Assembly (NCBI GenBank): GCA_963843375.1
Contig: CAWJKT010000008.1
Span: 192,001-256,000 of the forward strand
From: an uncultured Pseudomonadota bacterium
GTDB lineage: Bacteria > Oederibacteriota > Muellerivitia > Muellerivitales > Muellerivitaceae
DNA: 64,000 nt
Direction: 5' to 3'
The notes beneath the pieces are model-generated. The model was not told the origin of the DNA and made no database searches. It saw only the letters and a program-made list of their open reading frames with translations. The position numbers were made by a program, and so were the translations under genes. Of this stretch, positions 53,368 to 63,992 are shown one piece after another (the first letter of the stretch is position 1; each line of letters opens with the position of its first letter).

Positions 53368-54914
53368 TTAATTTGGTTCCTTTGAACTTTTTCCCTCGTC
53401 CGTTCCCGCCGTGGGCTGGGGCGATGGGGTGGTTTGAATAGTTTCGTTCGAATCCGTCTGGTCTTTTCCGGCGGACGGTGTGTCCGCTGCCCCAACCTCC
53501 GCCGGGGTAGGGGCGGCCGTTGGCTCCAGGGGAGGGGGAGCCACCGGCGGGTTATTGGTTCCCAAAAAGTGAGGCGGGGTCGCAACGGCAGTGGGCGTTT
53601 CCTCCACTGGCGCGGGAAGAGCGCTTTTCGACGTCCCATAGGAAGCCGAAGACAAATAGGTGTCGATATTGGGGAGGTTTGAGGAATAATCAGTTTTTCC
53701 GCCCCAGACCGGTTCCTCGTCGCCCACTAATCCTGTCAGGCGGGCATTGACGATCTCCGCTCGGATCTGGATGTCTTCTTCCTTCGCCGCAGCATAGGTC
53801 TGATGGGCCAGCATCAGGGCGGTGAACTCGAACTGTCCCCTTTTGTAAGCCGCCACGGCCGCTTCCATCATGGTTTCGGCCAAGATCAGGTCCCGGGAAT
53901 GCAATTGGAGGTAACGGGCTTTGCTGCGCCGGTAGTCCTTGACACCCGCCTCTTGAGCCGAGTTGTCCTGCACCAGGTTGAATCGAGACATTTCCCGGGA
54001 GACCACGCCCTGGTTCTCGCTGCGCTGGGCTTCAGCCATTTCATGTAAAGGGAAAAGAATGGGGATGGTGATGGAAATAAAATAGTTGTAGTCGGTGCTG
54101 GCCCCGGTGGGGCTTGCGGCCAGGATGGAATAGAAGTCCTTGGAGATACCGAAGGTCGGATCCGGCACCTGGTTCCAGAACCCCGTAGCCCGATTGGCCT
54201 CCCCAACGTCCACGGCGGCCCGGTCCCGCAATTGGGCCGAGGTCTTGTTTCCCAATTCCTGGACAATGGAGGGGGACAGGTCCTCCGGCAGCTCAAATCC
54301 CGTCACCTGGCTGGGCGGAATACCCATCAGCCTTGCATAAACCTCCACGGCCGTGTCCAGTTGGTCCTCAGCGGTTTTGAGGTCCCTTTGCGCAGCGGTC
54401 ATCTGGAAGCTCAGCGCTGATCTTGTTGACCTGGTTGGATTGGCCATGGACGTACTGATTCCGGATGGCGTCAGCGATGGTTTCCAGGTCCCGCACGTTT
54501 TGCTTTTGGAAGGCGATCATGGCCTGCGCCGTGGCGCCGTTCATATAGGCCTGCGTGATGCTGACCGCCAAATCGTATTTTTGGGCCGTGTATTCCCACC
54601 GCTGTTGCTCGGCTACCGCCGAATCCAATTGGGTGAAGGCCAGGCTTTTGAAGGGAATGGGATAGGTCAGAGAAAGGCCCCAAGTGTTGAAGGAGTTGTC
54701 GTAGTTGTTCACCCACTGGATCTGGGGTTCTTCGGGGATGAACCGCCTCCAGGTGTCGTCGGAATAGATTCCGGCCAGGGATTTTTGGGCTTTCAATTGC
54801 GGCGGAATTCTCCCAAACGGCGTGGATGGCCTGTTCCAGTGTCAGGTTCTGAGCTTGTGCTACCAAAGCCAAGCCCCAAAAAATTGAACTGATAGCGTAA
54901 AGGATTTTTTTCAT
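53368..54914 (-). CDS. TolC/CzcC-family outer membrane factor 1 (two frameshifts) with Pro/Thr-rich tail
   Basis: Signal peptide, LTLEQAI, helical repeats, AYKRGQFEFTALM; upstream of MFP and RND genes. Confidence 0.8.
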
Positions 54915-55558
54915 GTCAGTCGCCCGAAATAATTTTTGTACTTATGAACGTAATAAGCCGAAGCCAGTCCCAACACGACGTAGTCATCCATCAGTCCGAA
55001 AACCGGGATGTTGTCCGGAATCAGGTCCAGAGGGCACAAGAGGTAAAACAGTGCGCCGTAAGCCACCAGTTTGTCCCGACTGGAAATCCGTCCCTTGGAC
55101 GAAAGGACCTTCATCAATGTTGAAATCCGTTCCCGCCAATCCCGGCCCAGTCGGCTGAAGGTCCATATTTTTTCGTAATTCCCATCCACCTCGTTTTTGC
55201 GGCTTTCCTTGGAACCGATTTGGGAAAGGCCCACCATCAGCCGATCCGGCGAGAAACTGGGCCCTTTTTGGAGACTGTTCCCAAAGCCCAGGCTTTTCAG
55301 AATGGCCGTGAAGGATAGGTTGCGGGTTGTTTTGAGAACATATTGATAGGACGGTGAATCGATCGGCAAAATCCCCTCGAGCGCCATTTTATAGACGGCG
55401 TCCTGGATCCCCTTTTCGTAGAGGAGGCCGACATTTTCGCCGTGAGGCCTTTTCATCCAGCGCCGAACGGTCATGTTGGAAATCCCCATTCGCTCGGCCA
55501 AAGCCTCGGGCGAAAGGCCCGTTTCCCGCATTAAATTTGTCAAAAGTGATATCCTCAT
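54911..55558 (-). CDS. XRE-like HTH fused to DUF1232/YkvA domain
   Basis: LSPEALAERMGISNMTVRRW HTH; C-terminal ALFYLLCPLDLIPDNIPVFGLMDD. Confidence 0.85.
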   Translation of the reverse strand: MRISLLTNLMRETGLSPEALAERMGISNMTVRRWMKRPHGENVGLLYEKGIQDAVYKMALEGILPIDSPSYQYVLKTTRNLSFTAILKSLGFGNSLQKGPSFSPDRLMVGLSQIGSKESRKNEVDGNYEKIWTFSRLGRDWRERISTLMKVLSSKGRISSRDKLVAYGALFYLLCPLDLIPDNIPVFGLMDDYVVLGLASAYYVHKYKNYFGRLT

Positions 55559-55635
55559 TCGGTCATCCTTACCTGGCGCATTTTTAAATGTTCATCAACT
55601 TCGGATTCGGCCGCCCCATGGGGCCGGAAATTCCC

Positions 55636-56061
55636 TCATCCCATTTCCAACTTAGTGCGACGAAAAACTATTATTTTTTTTTTGGGCTTCTCGGTCGTTC
55701 GGATTTTTTGGCTCTCCACCGGGCCGCTCCCGGAGAACCCTTCCCCCTGCGGTTCCGGGAGGCGGCCGGAGGGCTTCCCATGATCCTTGGGCATCAAACT
55801 TTTCAGGAGCACTAGGGAGAGTCCCTTGGCGCTTCTCAAAACCAATTTGTAGGATTCCGAGTCGGTGGTTAATATTCCGTCATGCACCATCTGGTAAATG
55901 GCGTCGGGGAGAACCTTGTCGTAGATGGAGCGAACTCTCTTGGTGGGAGATTTTTTCATCCAGCGGCGCACGGTCATGTGCGAGACTCGAAGACGCTTGG
56001 CCAGCCGCTCGGGCGAAAGTTTTGTCTCGCGAATGAGAATTAACAAAAGTGAAATCTTCAT
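55636..56061 (-). CDS. XRE-like HTH protein, paralogue of the N-terminus of the next gene
   Basis: LSPERLAKRLRVSHMTVRRW; aligns almost without gaps to the first ~90 aa of 54911..55558. Confidence 0.8.
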   Translation of the reverse strand: MKISLLLILIRETKLSPERLAKRLRVSHMTVRRWMKKSPTKRVRSIYDKVLPDAIYQMVHDGILTTDSESYKLVLRSAKGLSLVLLKSLMPKDHGKPSGRLPEPQGEGFSGSGPVESQKIRTTEKPKKKIIVFRRTKLEMG

Positions 56062-56358
56062 AGTTGCGCAATCTTACTGTAGAGCTCGATTAGGTTGTCA
56101 TTAAGAGTTGGAGACCAATCGTTATGAAAAGATTAGAGGTGGGAAACTAACAAATGTTAACTTTATGGGCCATCGCCCTGAAAGAAGAACAAAATATGTC
56201 TCAAAAACAAATACGCGAGCAGTCAAGAATCTTCATGTTAAAAAAATATCCGTCACGTTATTTGAAATAAAAAGGGTTAATCTTAGCCGGACCAAGTCGG
56301 GTTAAAAACGAGTCGGAAATAGTCCTATAGGACTCAGGCACCGATACAAGAAAAGGCT

Positions 56359-57714
56359 TTAAATTTCGAGATGGGCCCGGCCCGAGACGATCCCCACCGG
56401 TCCTCGGTCCTGGTTGTAAGCGGGATTGTTGACCCATTGAAAATCCAGGGTTAGACCGATTTCGTGCAGAGGATGATAGTTATAAAAGGCCTCCAGGATT
56501 TCCTCGGGGGCGTAATTCAGTCTCCCGTCTCCGATGTCGAAATCCACGCCACCGGCGGCCAGGTAGTCCTCATGCTGGGAGGAAAGCCCGTTGATCACCC
56601 CGCCTAGTCCGAACTGGTCATCGGGCCTGCCCCAACGATTGCCGGAAAGCAGGAATCCCGCCTGGGCGGTGCGGTCCACGGCAGTGAATTCCCAAGTTTC
56701 AGTCAAGCCGTTGTCCCAACCCAGCCGGGCGAAGGCCCCCAAATCCGGCCCCAATTCCTGTTCGGCATCCAGGCCGAACCCGTACTTATCGCTGTAGGCC
56801 CGGGTTTGGGTCACTTCGGGCAGGGTGTCGGCGGCCTCCGCCAGGGATACTGCCTCGGAATAATTGCCCATGTCGGCGTCGTTGAGATAGGCCTGCAGTT
56901 TCACCTTGCCCGGATGACTGTTCAGGGCGTAACGAACCTCAAACTCGGCGTTATTTCCCTGGGCATGGGCGATATCCGTATCCAAGGATTCCCCGTTTGC
57001 AACCTGGGAAACCAGGGCACTGCAAAGACGCAGGGCCCAATCCTTCTGGTTCAATTCCAAATAGATGCCCCAGGTATAGCCCTGGATGTCCGCGGCGTAA
57101 TCCCAGGCGCCGTTGTCCATCATGGTCCAATTCAGAAACTGGTTTCGAGCGTCGTGGTTGTATCGGTTGTCGTCGAAAAAATCCACGACACTGAATTTGC
57201 CCGCCACCAGGGTCAGGCGGGAAACATCAATTTTCTCGGTGAGCTGGTTTTGGTCGTCCTGGATAACCTCTTGAACCCCGCCCAACCCAAAAACCTGTTT
57301 CCAGTAAGCCCGCGCCAAAATCACCTTTTCGCCGGGATTGGATATCCGGTAGATTTCCCCGTTGGGAAAACCGGCCAGACCCGTCACGTTGCTAAACCCG
57401 CGCCCCGTCGCTCCCTCGAAATCCAAGTAAAGAGCCCCGTCCTTCCAAAGCCTCCCACCCAAGAAAAGGGTCCAGGTGTTGGACATGTCCAATTCGGGGC
57501 TGTCGACCAAACTACCCGCTCCCGGATTTCCGGGATAAAGGGCATAAAAGGTACCGTGGTATTGGGACACAATGGTCGTCTGGAAATGGGCGTTCCATAG
57601 CTGGGGAAAAAGGGGACTATCGGCAGGGGTTTCCTCCGCGCGGAGTAGAGCGGAAAAAGAAAAAAGCAAAATCAGCAGCAGGATTCTTCGGGCCGGGGTC
57701 ATGAAGCGTACCAT
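56359..57714 (-). CDS. OprB-family / high-affinity Mn2+ porin (MnoP-like)
   Basis: GLAGFPNGE, AGKFSVVDFFDDNRY.HD.R.QFLNW, AWDYAAD.GYTWG, GDGRLNY.PE, NPAYNQDRGPV; C-terminal beta strand. Confidence 0.8.
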   Translation of the reverse strand: MVRFMTPARRILLLILLFSFSALLRAEETPADSPLFPQLWNAHFQTTIVSQYHGTFYALYPGNPGAGSLVDSPELDMSNTWTLFLGGRLWKDGALYLDFEGATGRGFSNVTGLAGFPNGEIYRISNPGEKVILARAYWKQVFGLGGVQEVIQDDQNQLTEKIDVSRLTLVAGKFSVVDFFDDNRYNHDARNQFLNWTMMDNGAWDYAADIQGYTWGIYLELNQKDWALRLCSALVSQVANGESLDTDIAHAQGNNAEFEVRYALNSHPGKVKLQAYLNDADMGNYSEAVSLAEAADTLPEVTQTRAYSDKYGFGLDAEQELGPDLGAFARLGWDNGLTETWEFTAVDRTAQAGFLLSGNRWGRPDDQFGLGGVINGLSSQHEDYLAAGGVDFDIGDGRLNYAPEEILEAFYNYHPLHEIGLTLDFQWVNNPAYNQDRGPVGIVSGRAHLEI

Positions 57715-57795
57715 ATTCAATCTGAAATAACGCTTCAATGACAAAAATCACAAATGTTAATTCGAAGCGGGAATCCAACGGCGTCCCAAAAGCGG

Positions 57796-58503
57796 TTAGA
57801 GAACAGGCCATATCCAAAATACCAAACCCACCAGGGCGATGAAAGCGCCGCTTATTACCTCACCATAAAGCTCAAGAGGGCCCAGCTTTACCTGCCTCAA
57901 ACCCTGGGTGGAATAGACACATAAAACCACGTAGGTCACGATGGTACTGAGGGCAAACACAACCGACATCACCAGAATAAGGCCCACCCCGTATTTACCC
58001 GCAGCGAAGAAGGCCGGGATTCCCTCCACCATAGGGGAGGAGCCGAGGATCAATATAAGTGCGGTGCGGTTGCTGGTTTTAGATGTATGGGAGTGCGGCT
58101 CAGGGTGGGAATGATGTCCCCGAGGGTGTTCTTCATCATGCTCATGGGAGTGAAATGGGCCTTGGGGATGTCCATGTTCATCGGGCTGGCGTGTTTCCAG
58201 CCAGGATGAAACAGCGATCCAACCCCCGAAGCCCACCAATGCTAGGCTGGAAGCCAAATCGACCAGGTGGCCGAAACGCGCCGCCACAGCCACGCCTGCA
58301 ACCCAAACCACCAAGGCGATCACCAAGGTGGATAGAACGTGCCCGGTTCCCGCTTTGAAAGCCGCGTTGAAAGTTTCAGCTTTCGACCATCCCCTTTGCC
58401 GGGCAATCAAGGTGATAGGAACCCAGTGATCGGGAACAATGGTGTGAAGCACCCCCACGGCGGCAACCGCTCCGACCAGAATCAACTGGGGTGTGAGACT
58501 CAT
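57796..58503 (-). CDS. His-rich Ni/Co permease-like membrane protein (NiCoT/RcnA-related)
   Basis: HTIVPDHW motif in TM1, GTGHV, His-rich loop, about 6 TM helices. Confidence 0.75.
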   Translation of the reverse strand: MSLTPQLILVGAVAAVGVLHTIVPDHWVPITLIARQRGWSKAETFNAAFKAGTGHVLSTLVIALVVWVAGVAVAARFGHLVDLASSLALVGFGGWIAVSSWLETRQPDEHGHPQGPFHSHEHDEEHPRGHHSHPEPHSHTSKTSNRTALILILGSSPMVEGIPAFFAAGKYGVGLILVMSVVFALSTIVTYVVLCVYSTQGLRQVKLGPLELYGEVISGAFIALVGLVFWIWPVL

Positions 58504-61500
58504 TAGAAATCCTCCACTTCGCCCTTTTTGCGCTTATGTATCTTTACCGCGTCTTTCGCCTCAATGATCTTATAAAGCGCCGGCATGACGATGAGAGTGA
58601 GAAAGGCCGAGGAGAAAAGGCCCCAGACCACCACCGTGGCGATGGGTCGTTGCACGTCCGAGCCCACGTCGGTGGCGAGGGAAGCGGGGATCAGGCCGAT
58701 GATGGCCACCAAGGCGGTCATCAAAACCGGGCGAAGCCGCAAGGTGGCTCCCTTGAGGATGGCAGCGTCGAGCCCCAAACCATCCTCTCGCAACTGGCTG
58801 ATATAGCTGACCATTAGAACCCCGTGCATGGCCGCCACGCCAAACAGGCTAGTCATGCCCACCCCGGCCGAGACGCTCAAATGCATTCCCCTCACGTAAA
58901 GGGCGATCGTGCTGCCCACCATGGCGAAAGGGATCGCCAAAAGCACTAGCCCCGCTCGCAAGGGCGAACCGAAAGTCAGGAAGAGGATAGCGAAGATGAT
59001 CCCTACCGTCAGGGGGATCAAGAGGGCGAAATGTTTCTGCGCCCTTTCCAGGTTTTCGAAAAGACCCATCCATTCCACCGAATAGCCGTCAGGGAGCGGG
59101 ATTTCGGCGGCAAAGCGTTTCTTGGCCTCCGCCACGAAATCTCCCTGGGACCGGCCCCGGATGTCACAGCGCACCGTCTGCCGACGTTTGCCATCTTCCC
59201 TCGCGATCTGAGTCTGGCCGTCCACCACTTTGATGTCCGCCACCTGGGCCAGGGGGATGGGCTCGGCATTGGAGTTGAAGACGGCCAGCCGTCCTATCTT
59301 CTCGGGCGTGTCGATGAATTCCGGCGCATATTTGGTCTTGATGGAAAAGGACCTTTCCCCCTCCCAAAGCTGGCCCACCGGCAGGCCGCCTACAGCGGTG
59401 TTAATAACATTATTGACGTCGGCGATGGCCAAGCCGTAATGGGCTAGTTTGGACTTGTCGATGCGGATCTGCAGTTCAGGCTGGGGCCCTTCCTGCTCGA
59501 TGTTGACGTTGACGCTGCCCGGTATTTTTTTCAGCAGGTCCACCGTTTGTTCGCCCAAGTCGCGCAGTTTGACCAGGTCCGAGCTTTGGCCCCCGACGAT
59601 TTCCACCGCCAGGTTGGCCGAGGTGCCATTGGTGTCCTCCGTGACGCTGTCGATGATGGGCTGGGTGAGATTGAAATGGGCCGTCGGGAACTCAGCTTCC
59701 AGCTTGGAGCGAATCGCGGCTTCCAGGTCCAACTTGTTGTGATAGTCCACCCACTGGTCCCGGGGCTGGAGGATGATGTCGAACTCGTTGCGGTCTGTGG
59801 GAAATGGATCGCTGCCCATGTCGTTGCGTCCGGTCTGGCTTGTGCAATATTTCACTTCCTTGAAGGATCGCACGAGATCGCGGACCCGATTGGCGTAATA
59901 GTGGTTTTCCCTCAGGGAAATGCCTTCGGGGAAATTGCCCCTCAGCCAAAATCCCCCCTCATCCATGTAGGGCAGGAATTCAGTGCCCAGCCGAGGGAAG
60001 ATTAGAAGCATGACCAGCGCGAAAAGCGTCACCGCGCTGAAGACCACCAGCCGGGAATGCTTGAGGATTTGGGGGAGGATTCTGGAGTAAATTTTCAGGA
60101 ACCAATCGAAAAGCGAGTGGGGTTTGACGGGATTGTTGCGGGAAAAGAAAAAGCTAGCCAGAACGGGGACTAGGTAAAGGGCGATCAAGAGCGCGCCCAG
60201 CAGGGCGAAGCAAAGGGTCATAGCCATGGGCCTAAAGAGAAGGCCCTCGATGTACTTGAGCGAAAGCAGCGGCAGGTAGGCCATGATGACGATGATCATG
60301 GAGAAGATCATGGGCTTCTGGACTTGCTCCGAAGCCTCCAGGATTTCCTTGTCCTTGTCCCCCTTGTGGATCATCAGGTGGCGCACGATGTTTTCGGTGA
60401 CGATGATGGCGCCATCCACGATGATGCCGAAGTCGATGGAGCCGATGGAAAGCAAGCTGATGGGGATGCCGGTGAGCTTCATCAGAATGAGGGCGAAAAG
60501 AAGGGCCAGGGGAATAGTTAGGGCCACGATGAGGGCGATGCGGCGGCTTCCCAGGAAAAGGAAAAGGACCAGAACCACCAGAAGGATGCCCTCGGCAGTA
60601 TTGCGGAATACCGTATGGAGGGTTTGATTGATGAGGGTGCGGCGATTATAGAAGTTGTTCAGGTGTACGTTTTTGGGAAGAAGGGTACTGTTGATTTCTT
60701 CCACCGCCTCTTCGATATTCTTCAGGGTTGCAGAAGGGTTGGCCCCCCGCCGCATTACCACGATGCCTTCCACCGAATCCGAGTCGTTGTTGATACCGAA
60801 GATACCCGTCTGTTCCAGGTGGTCGATGGCTACCTGCCCCACGTCCCGGACGAAGACGTTGGTACCGTTGGAATTCTTGATAAAGATATTGGCCAGATCC
60901 CGGTAGTCCAGAATGTTGCCCAGGGATCGGATGACGATGGCGGTGCTGCCCCGCTGCAGCATGCTTCCCCCGCCGTTGGAATTGTTGGCCTGGACCGCCG
61001 TCATGACGTCGTTCAGGGCCACCCCATACTTGAGCATTTTGTTGGGGTCGAGTTGGATGGCGTATTGCTTGCCCAGCCCACCGAAATTATCCACCTCGGC
61101 CACGCCGTCGGCGCGCATCAGGCGCGGGGTGCAGACCCAGTCGTTGAGCTCGCGCAGTTTGATGGGCGTGTCGCCCGTCAGCTGGTAGCGGTAAATTTCG
61201 CCATAGGCAGTGTCCAAGGCCTGCATCTGGGCCTGGGCTCCGGGGGAAGCGTCGCGTTGCCCACCATCTGGAACACCTGGTCCCGGGCCCAGTAATCATC
61301 GACGTAAGCGTCGAAGGTCACCATCACGTCCGAGAGGCCAAAGATTGTGCGCGAACGGATGACCTGTTTGTGGGGAACCCCGGCCAAAGCCAGTTCCAGA
61401 GGAATGGTGACTTGCCTTTCCACGTCCTCGGCACCGAAGCCGGGATAAGTAGTAATCATTTCCACCTGCACGCTGGAGATGTCCGGATAGGCGTCGATGT

Positions 61501-61603
61501 TCATCTGGGTAAAGCAATAGACCCCGATGCCAGCCAGTAGAATGGCCACGACCACCACACCCCAGCGGTTTTTGAGGGCCCAAATGACGGTTCGGTGGAT
61601 CAT
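58503..61603 (-). CDS. czcA: CusA/CzcA-family heavy-metal RND permease 2 (frameshift near 61230)
   Basis: DAYPDIS, VERQVTIPLE, SIDFGIIVDGAIIVTEN, GTEFLP.MDEG, RLRPVLMTA, GSDVQRPIA. Confidence 0.9.
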
Positions 61604-62454
61604 GGTTTCATCTCCGAATCACCCGCGCCCAGTCCCTGGATTTTCAATAACCGATGGAGGATGGGTTTAAGCAGAATCGAACCCCGGCTGACGATGTTTT
61701 CCCCGGGAGTAATTTTGCCAATGACCAAAACCGAATCCCCTTGAGTGTCCAAGACATAAACGGGCCGCGGAAAATACTGGCCCTTCGCCACTTCCTGCAG
61801 CAGGTATTCCTGGCGGCCCTCGTGTAAAAGCGCAGTCGAGGGAACCAACAGGGGCTTGGAGCCAAGCATGGGAAAATCCACGACGCAATTAGCGCCCGGG
61901 TACCAGTCCTGTCCGTTCTGGATCTTGAACACCACCTGAATCGGGGCCCCCGAAACGGTCATCCCGTTGACCTTGGGTTGTTGGATGGAAATAACCGTCG
62001 CACTGGTTTTGGAGGCCAAAAGTCCGTAGCGGGAAATCTGGACACTCTCGAAAGCCTTGATCTGGCTGAGGTATTCGTCGGGCAGGGTGACCACACCATA
62101 AGCGTCGCCCACCTGGGCCTTCATGTGGCTGTCGAAATGGAAGCCAAGGGAATTGGAGAGGTCCTCGTCCAATTCCACCCAGGAAATTCTAGAGCCTACC
62201 AATTGATCCGAGTCATTGGCCAGCGCGATGATTTGTCCCACCACCCGCAGGTCCTGGGTTTGGGAATTGGAGGGGGGGACGGGGGAAATTTCCAGGTACT
62301 TCAGCATAGGGGAACTGAGGTCGAGGTTGATGATATTTCCCTTGAGGGAAAAAACCGATTCCGGATCCACCGGCGCTTCCTCATGGCGGCCACAGCCACA
62401 AGAAACCAAAATGCACATCAGAACTAAAAGAGAATTAATCCCCTGTCGGATCAC
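61600..62454 (-). CDS. Short MFP-like lipoprotein 2
   Basis: Lipobox VSCGC; C-terminal VPSTALLHEG...GENIVSRGSILL membrane-proximal domain; between TolC and RND genes. Confidence 0.7.
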   Translation of the reverse strand: MIRQGINSLLVLMCILVSCGCGRHEEAPVDPESVFSLKGNIINLDLSSPMLKYLEISPVPPSNSQTQDLRVVGQIIALANDSDQLVGSRISWVELDEDLSNSLGFHFDSHMKAQVGDAYGVVTLPDEYLSQIKAFESVQISRYGLLASKTSATVISIQQPKVNGMTVSGAPIQVVFKIQNGQDWYPGANCVVDFPMLGSKPLLVPSTALLHEGRQEYLLQEVAKGQYFPRPVYVLDTQGDSVLVIGKITPGENIVSRGSILLKPILHRLLKIQGLGAGDSEMKP

Positions 62455-63824
62455 GGAAGGATGTCCTTCCCCACCGAGGCGTCGATCATGGCCAAGTCGT
62501 TGCGGTAGCTTCCCACCGTGGTGTAATAGGAAATTAAAACGCTGTTATAGGCTTCCATGGCGTCGAAATAGTCCAACAGGTCCATGTTGCCCGTCCCAAA
62601 AAGTTTTTGCTGTTCGTCACGGACCTTGCGGGCGTTGTTGATCTGCTTGCCCTCGAAGTCCATGATGAGGTCGTGGTCGATCTTCAACTGGGCTAATTCG
62701 TCCCCGATTCCCTGCCGGATGGAAAGGTCCAAGGATTCAATTTGTTTTTGGGTTTGCTCCCCCGTGAGGTCGGCCACCTTCACCAAACCCTGGTTCTGGT
62801 TGAACAGGGGAAAAGGGATATTCAAGGCCAGGTCCCAGGAATAACCCGCCGGGATAGGCGCGGAAGCGCCGTCGGGGCTTCCGTCGGTGGGACCTTGTCG
62901 GCTGACTTCGGCAGTGAGGCTCACATCCTGCCAGGATTGGTTTTCGGCCAGCTTGCGGTCCAGTTGGGTTTTCTCCTGGGTCAATTGAAGCGCCCGCAAA
63001 TCAGGCCGGTTCTTAAGGGCCTGGGCAATGACGTGGTCCTTATCCGGAACATCCACCATTTCGAATGGCCTCAATTCGGTCGTGGCCTTGAAAACCGTGG
63101 TTTGGGGAAGGCGGCCCAATTGGATGGCCAGAAGGGTTTTTGCGCTGCGGAGGTTGTTTTCATTCTGCCGCAAATCAATCAGGGACTGGTCCCGGGCCAA
63201 TTGGGCCCGCATTAAAAGCAGCGGCTGGGCCTTAATGATCCCGATGCGGTTTTCGATCACATGGACTAGTTTTTCGTAGTTATCAGCCCTTTCCTGGTAC
63301 AAATCCACGAGATGCTGCTGGGTGACCACGTTAATGTAGTCCTGGCGGATGAGGAGGATTTTCTGCCGCAGGGCGTCCTGGAACAGGACCTTGGCGATCC
63401 CCGTGGCCGCTTGGGCGTCTTTTTTTCCCAATCCGTATTTATTACTTAAGTCCAGTGGAATGGAGAACCCGGCGTCAAACTGGCGGGGCCCCCCCGCGTT
63501 AGTTTGGTCCCAATTGGCTGCGAAGGGTTCGAAGATGGTGTCCAGGAGAAGCGAGGGATTCCCAGGAAGTCCGGCGGTCAGTTCGTTGGCTTGAGCGATG
63601 GGTATATTATACTGAGCCGCCATCAGGTCCAAATTATGGTGGACTCCTTCCTCCACGGCCTGTTCCAGGGATAATTCAACGGGGCCGCCGGTGACCACAT
63701 CGCTATCGTAAGAGTTTACCGTTACCGCTTTAGACGGCTGAGTTGGTGTCCCTTCTTGGGCGAAAGTCCATTGCGATCCAAAGATCCCGCACAGGGCGAT
63801 CCAGAGATAAAACCGAAACTTCAT
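62451..63824 (-). CDS. czcC: TolC/CzcC-family outer membrane factor 2
   Basis: RBS GGAGG before ATG 63824, LSLEQAV, ALKNRPDLRA, PFPLFNQNQG. Confidence 0.88.
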   Translation of the reverse strand: MKFRFYLWIALCGIFGSQWTFAQEGTPTQPSKAVTVNSYDSDVVTGGPVELSLEQAVEEGVHHNLDLMAAQYNIPIAQANELTAGLPGNPSLLLDTIFEPFAANWDQTNAGGPRQFDAGFSIPLDLSNKYGLGKKDAQAATGIAKVLFQDALRQKILLIRQDYINVVTQQHLVDLYQERADNYEKLVHVIENRIGIIKAQPLLLMRAQLARDQSLIDLRQNENNLRSAKTLLAIQLGRLPQTTVFKATTELRPFEMVDVPDKDHVIAQALKNRPDLRALQLTQEKTQLDRKLAENQSWQDVSLTAEVSRQGPTDGSPDGASAPIPAGYSWDLALNIPFPLFNQNQGLVKVADLTGEQTQKQIESLDLSIRQGIGDELAQLKIDHDLIMDFEGKQINNARKVRDEQQKLFGTGNMDLLDYFDAMEAYNSVLISYYTTVGSYRNDLAMIDASVGKDILP

Positions 63825-63933
63825 TCTTTCCTCCCGGCAGAGTCCGGTGATTCCACCAAAATTTTTAAGAGTCGGATAGATAAAAGTAATAAATTTACCC
63901 CGTCTTAACAGGACCCCGAACGCCTGAAAGGGA

Positions 63934-63967
63934 TTGCCAATAGTAATATACCCCCCTATACTATATT
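63934..63967. promoter_or_regulatory. CsoR/RcnR/FrmR-type operator overlapping a divergent sigma70 promoter
   Basis: AATATA-CCCCCC-TATAC-TATATT (inverted repeat flanking a C6 tract); plus-strand TTGCCA, 17 nt, TATACT. Confidence 0.7.
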
Positions 63968-63992
63968 TCAAGTCCAAACTTGAGGAACACTC

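Noticed and set aside
63825..63933. NiCo (czcD) or Mn riboswitch in the czcC leader
   Set aside because: No recognisable conserved junction sequences; a protein operator explains the regulation.
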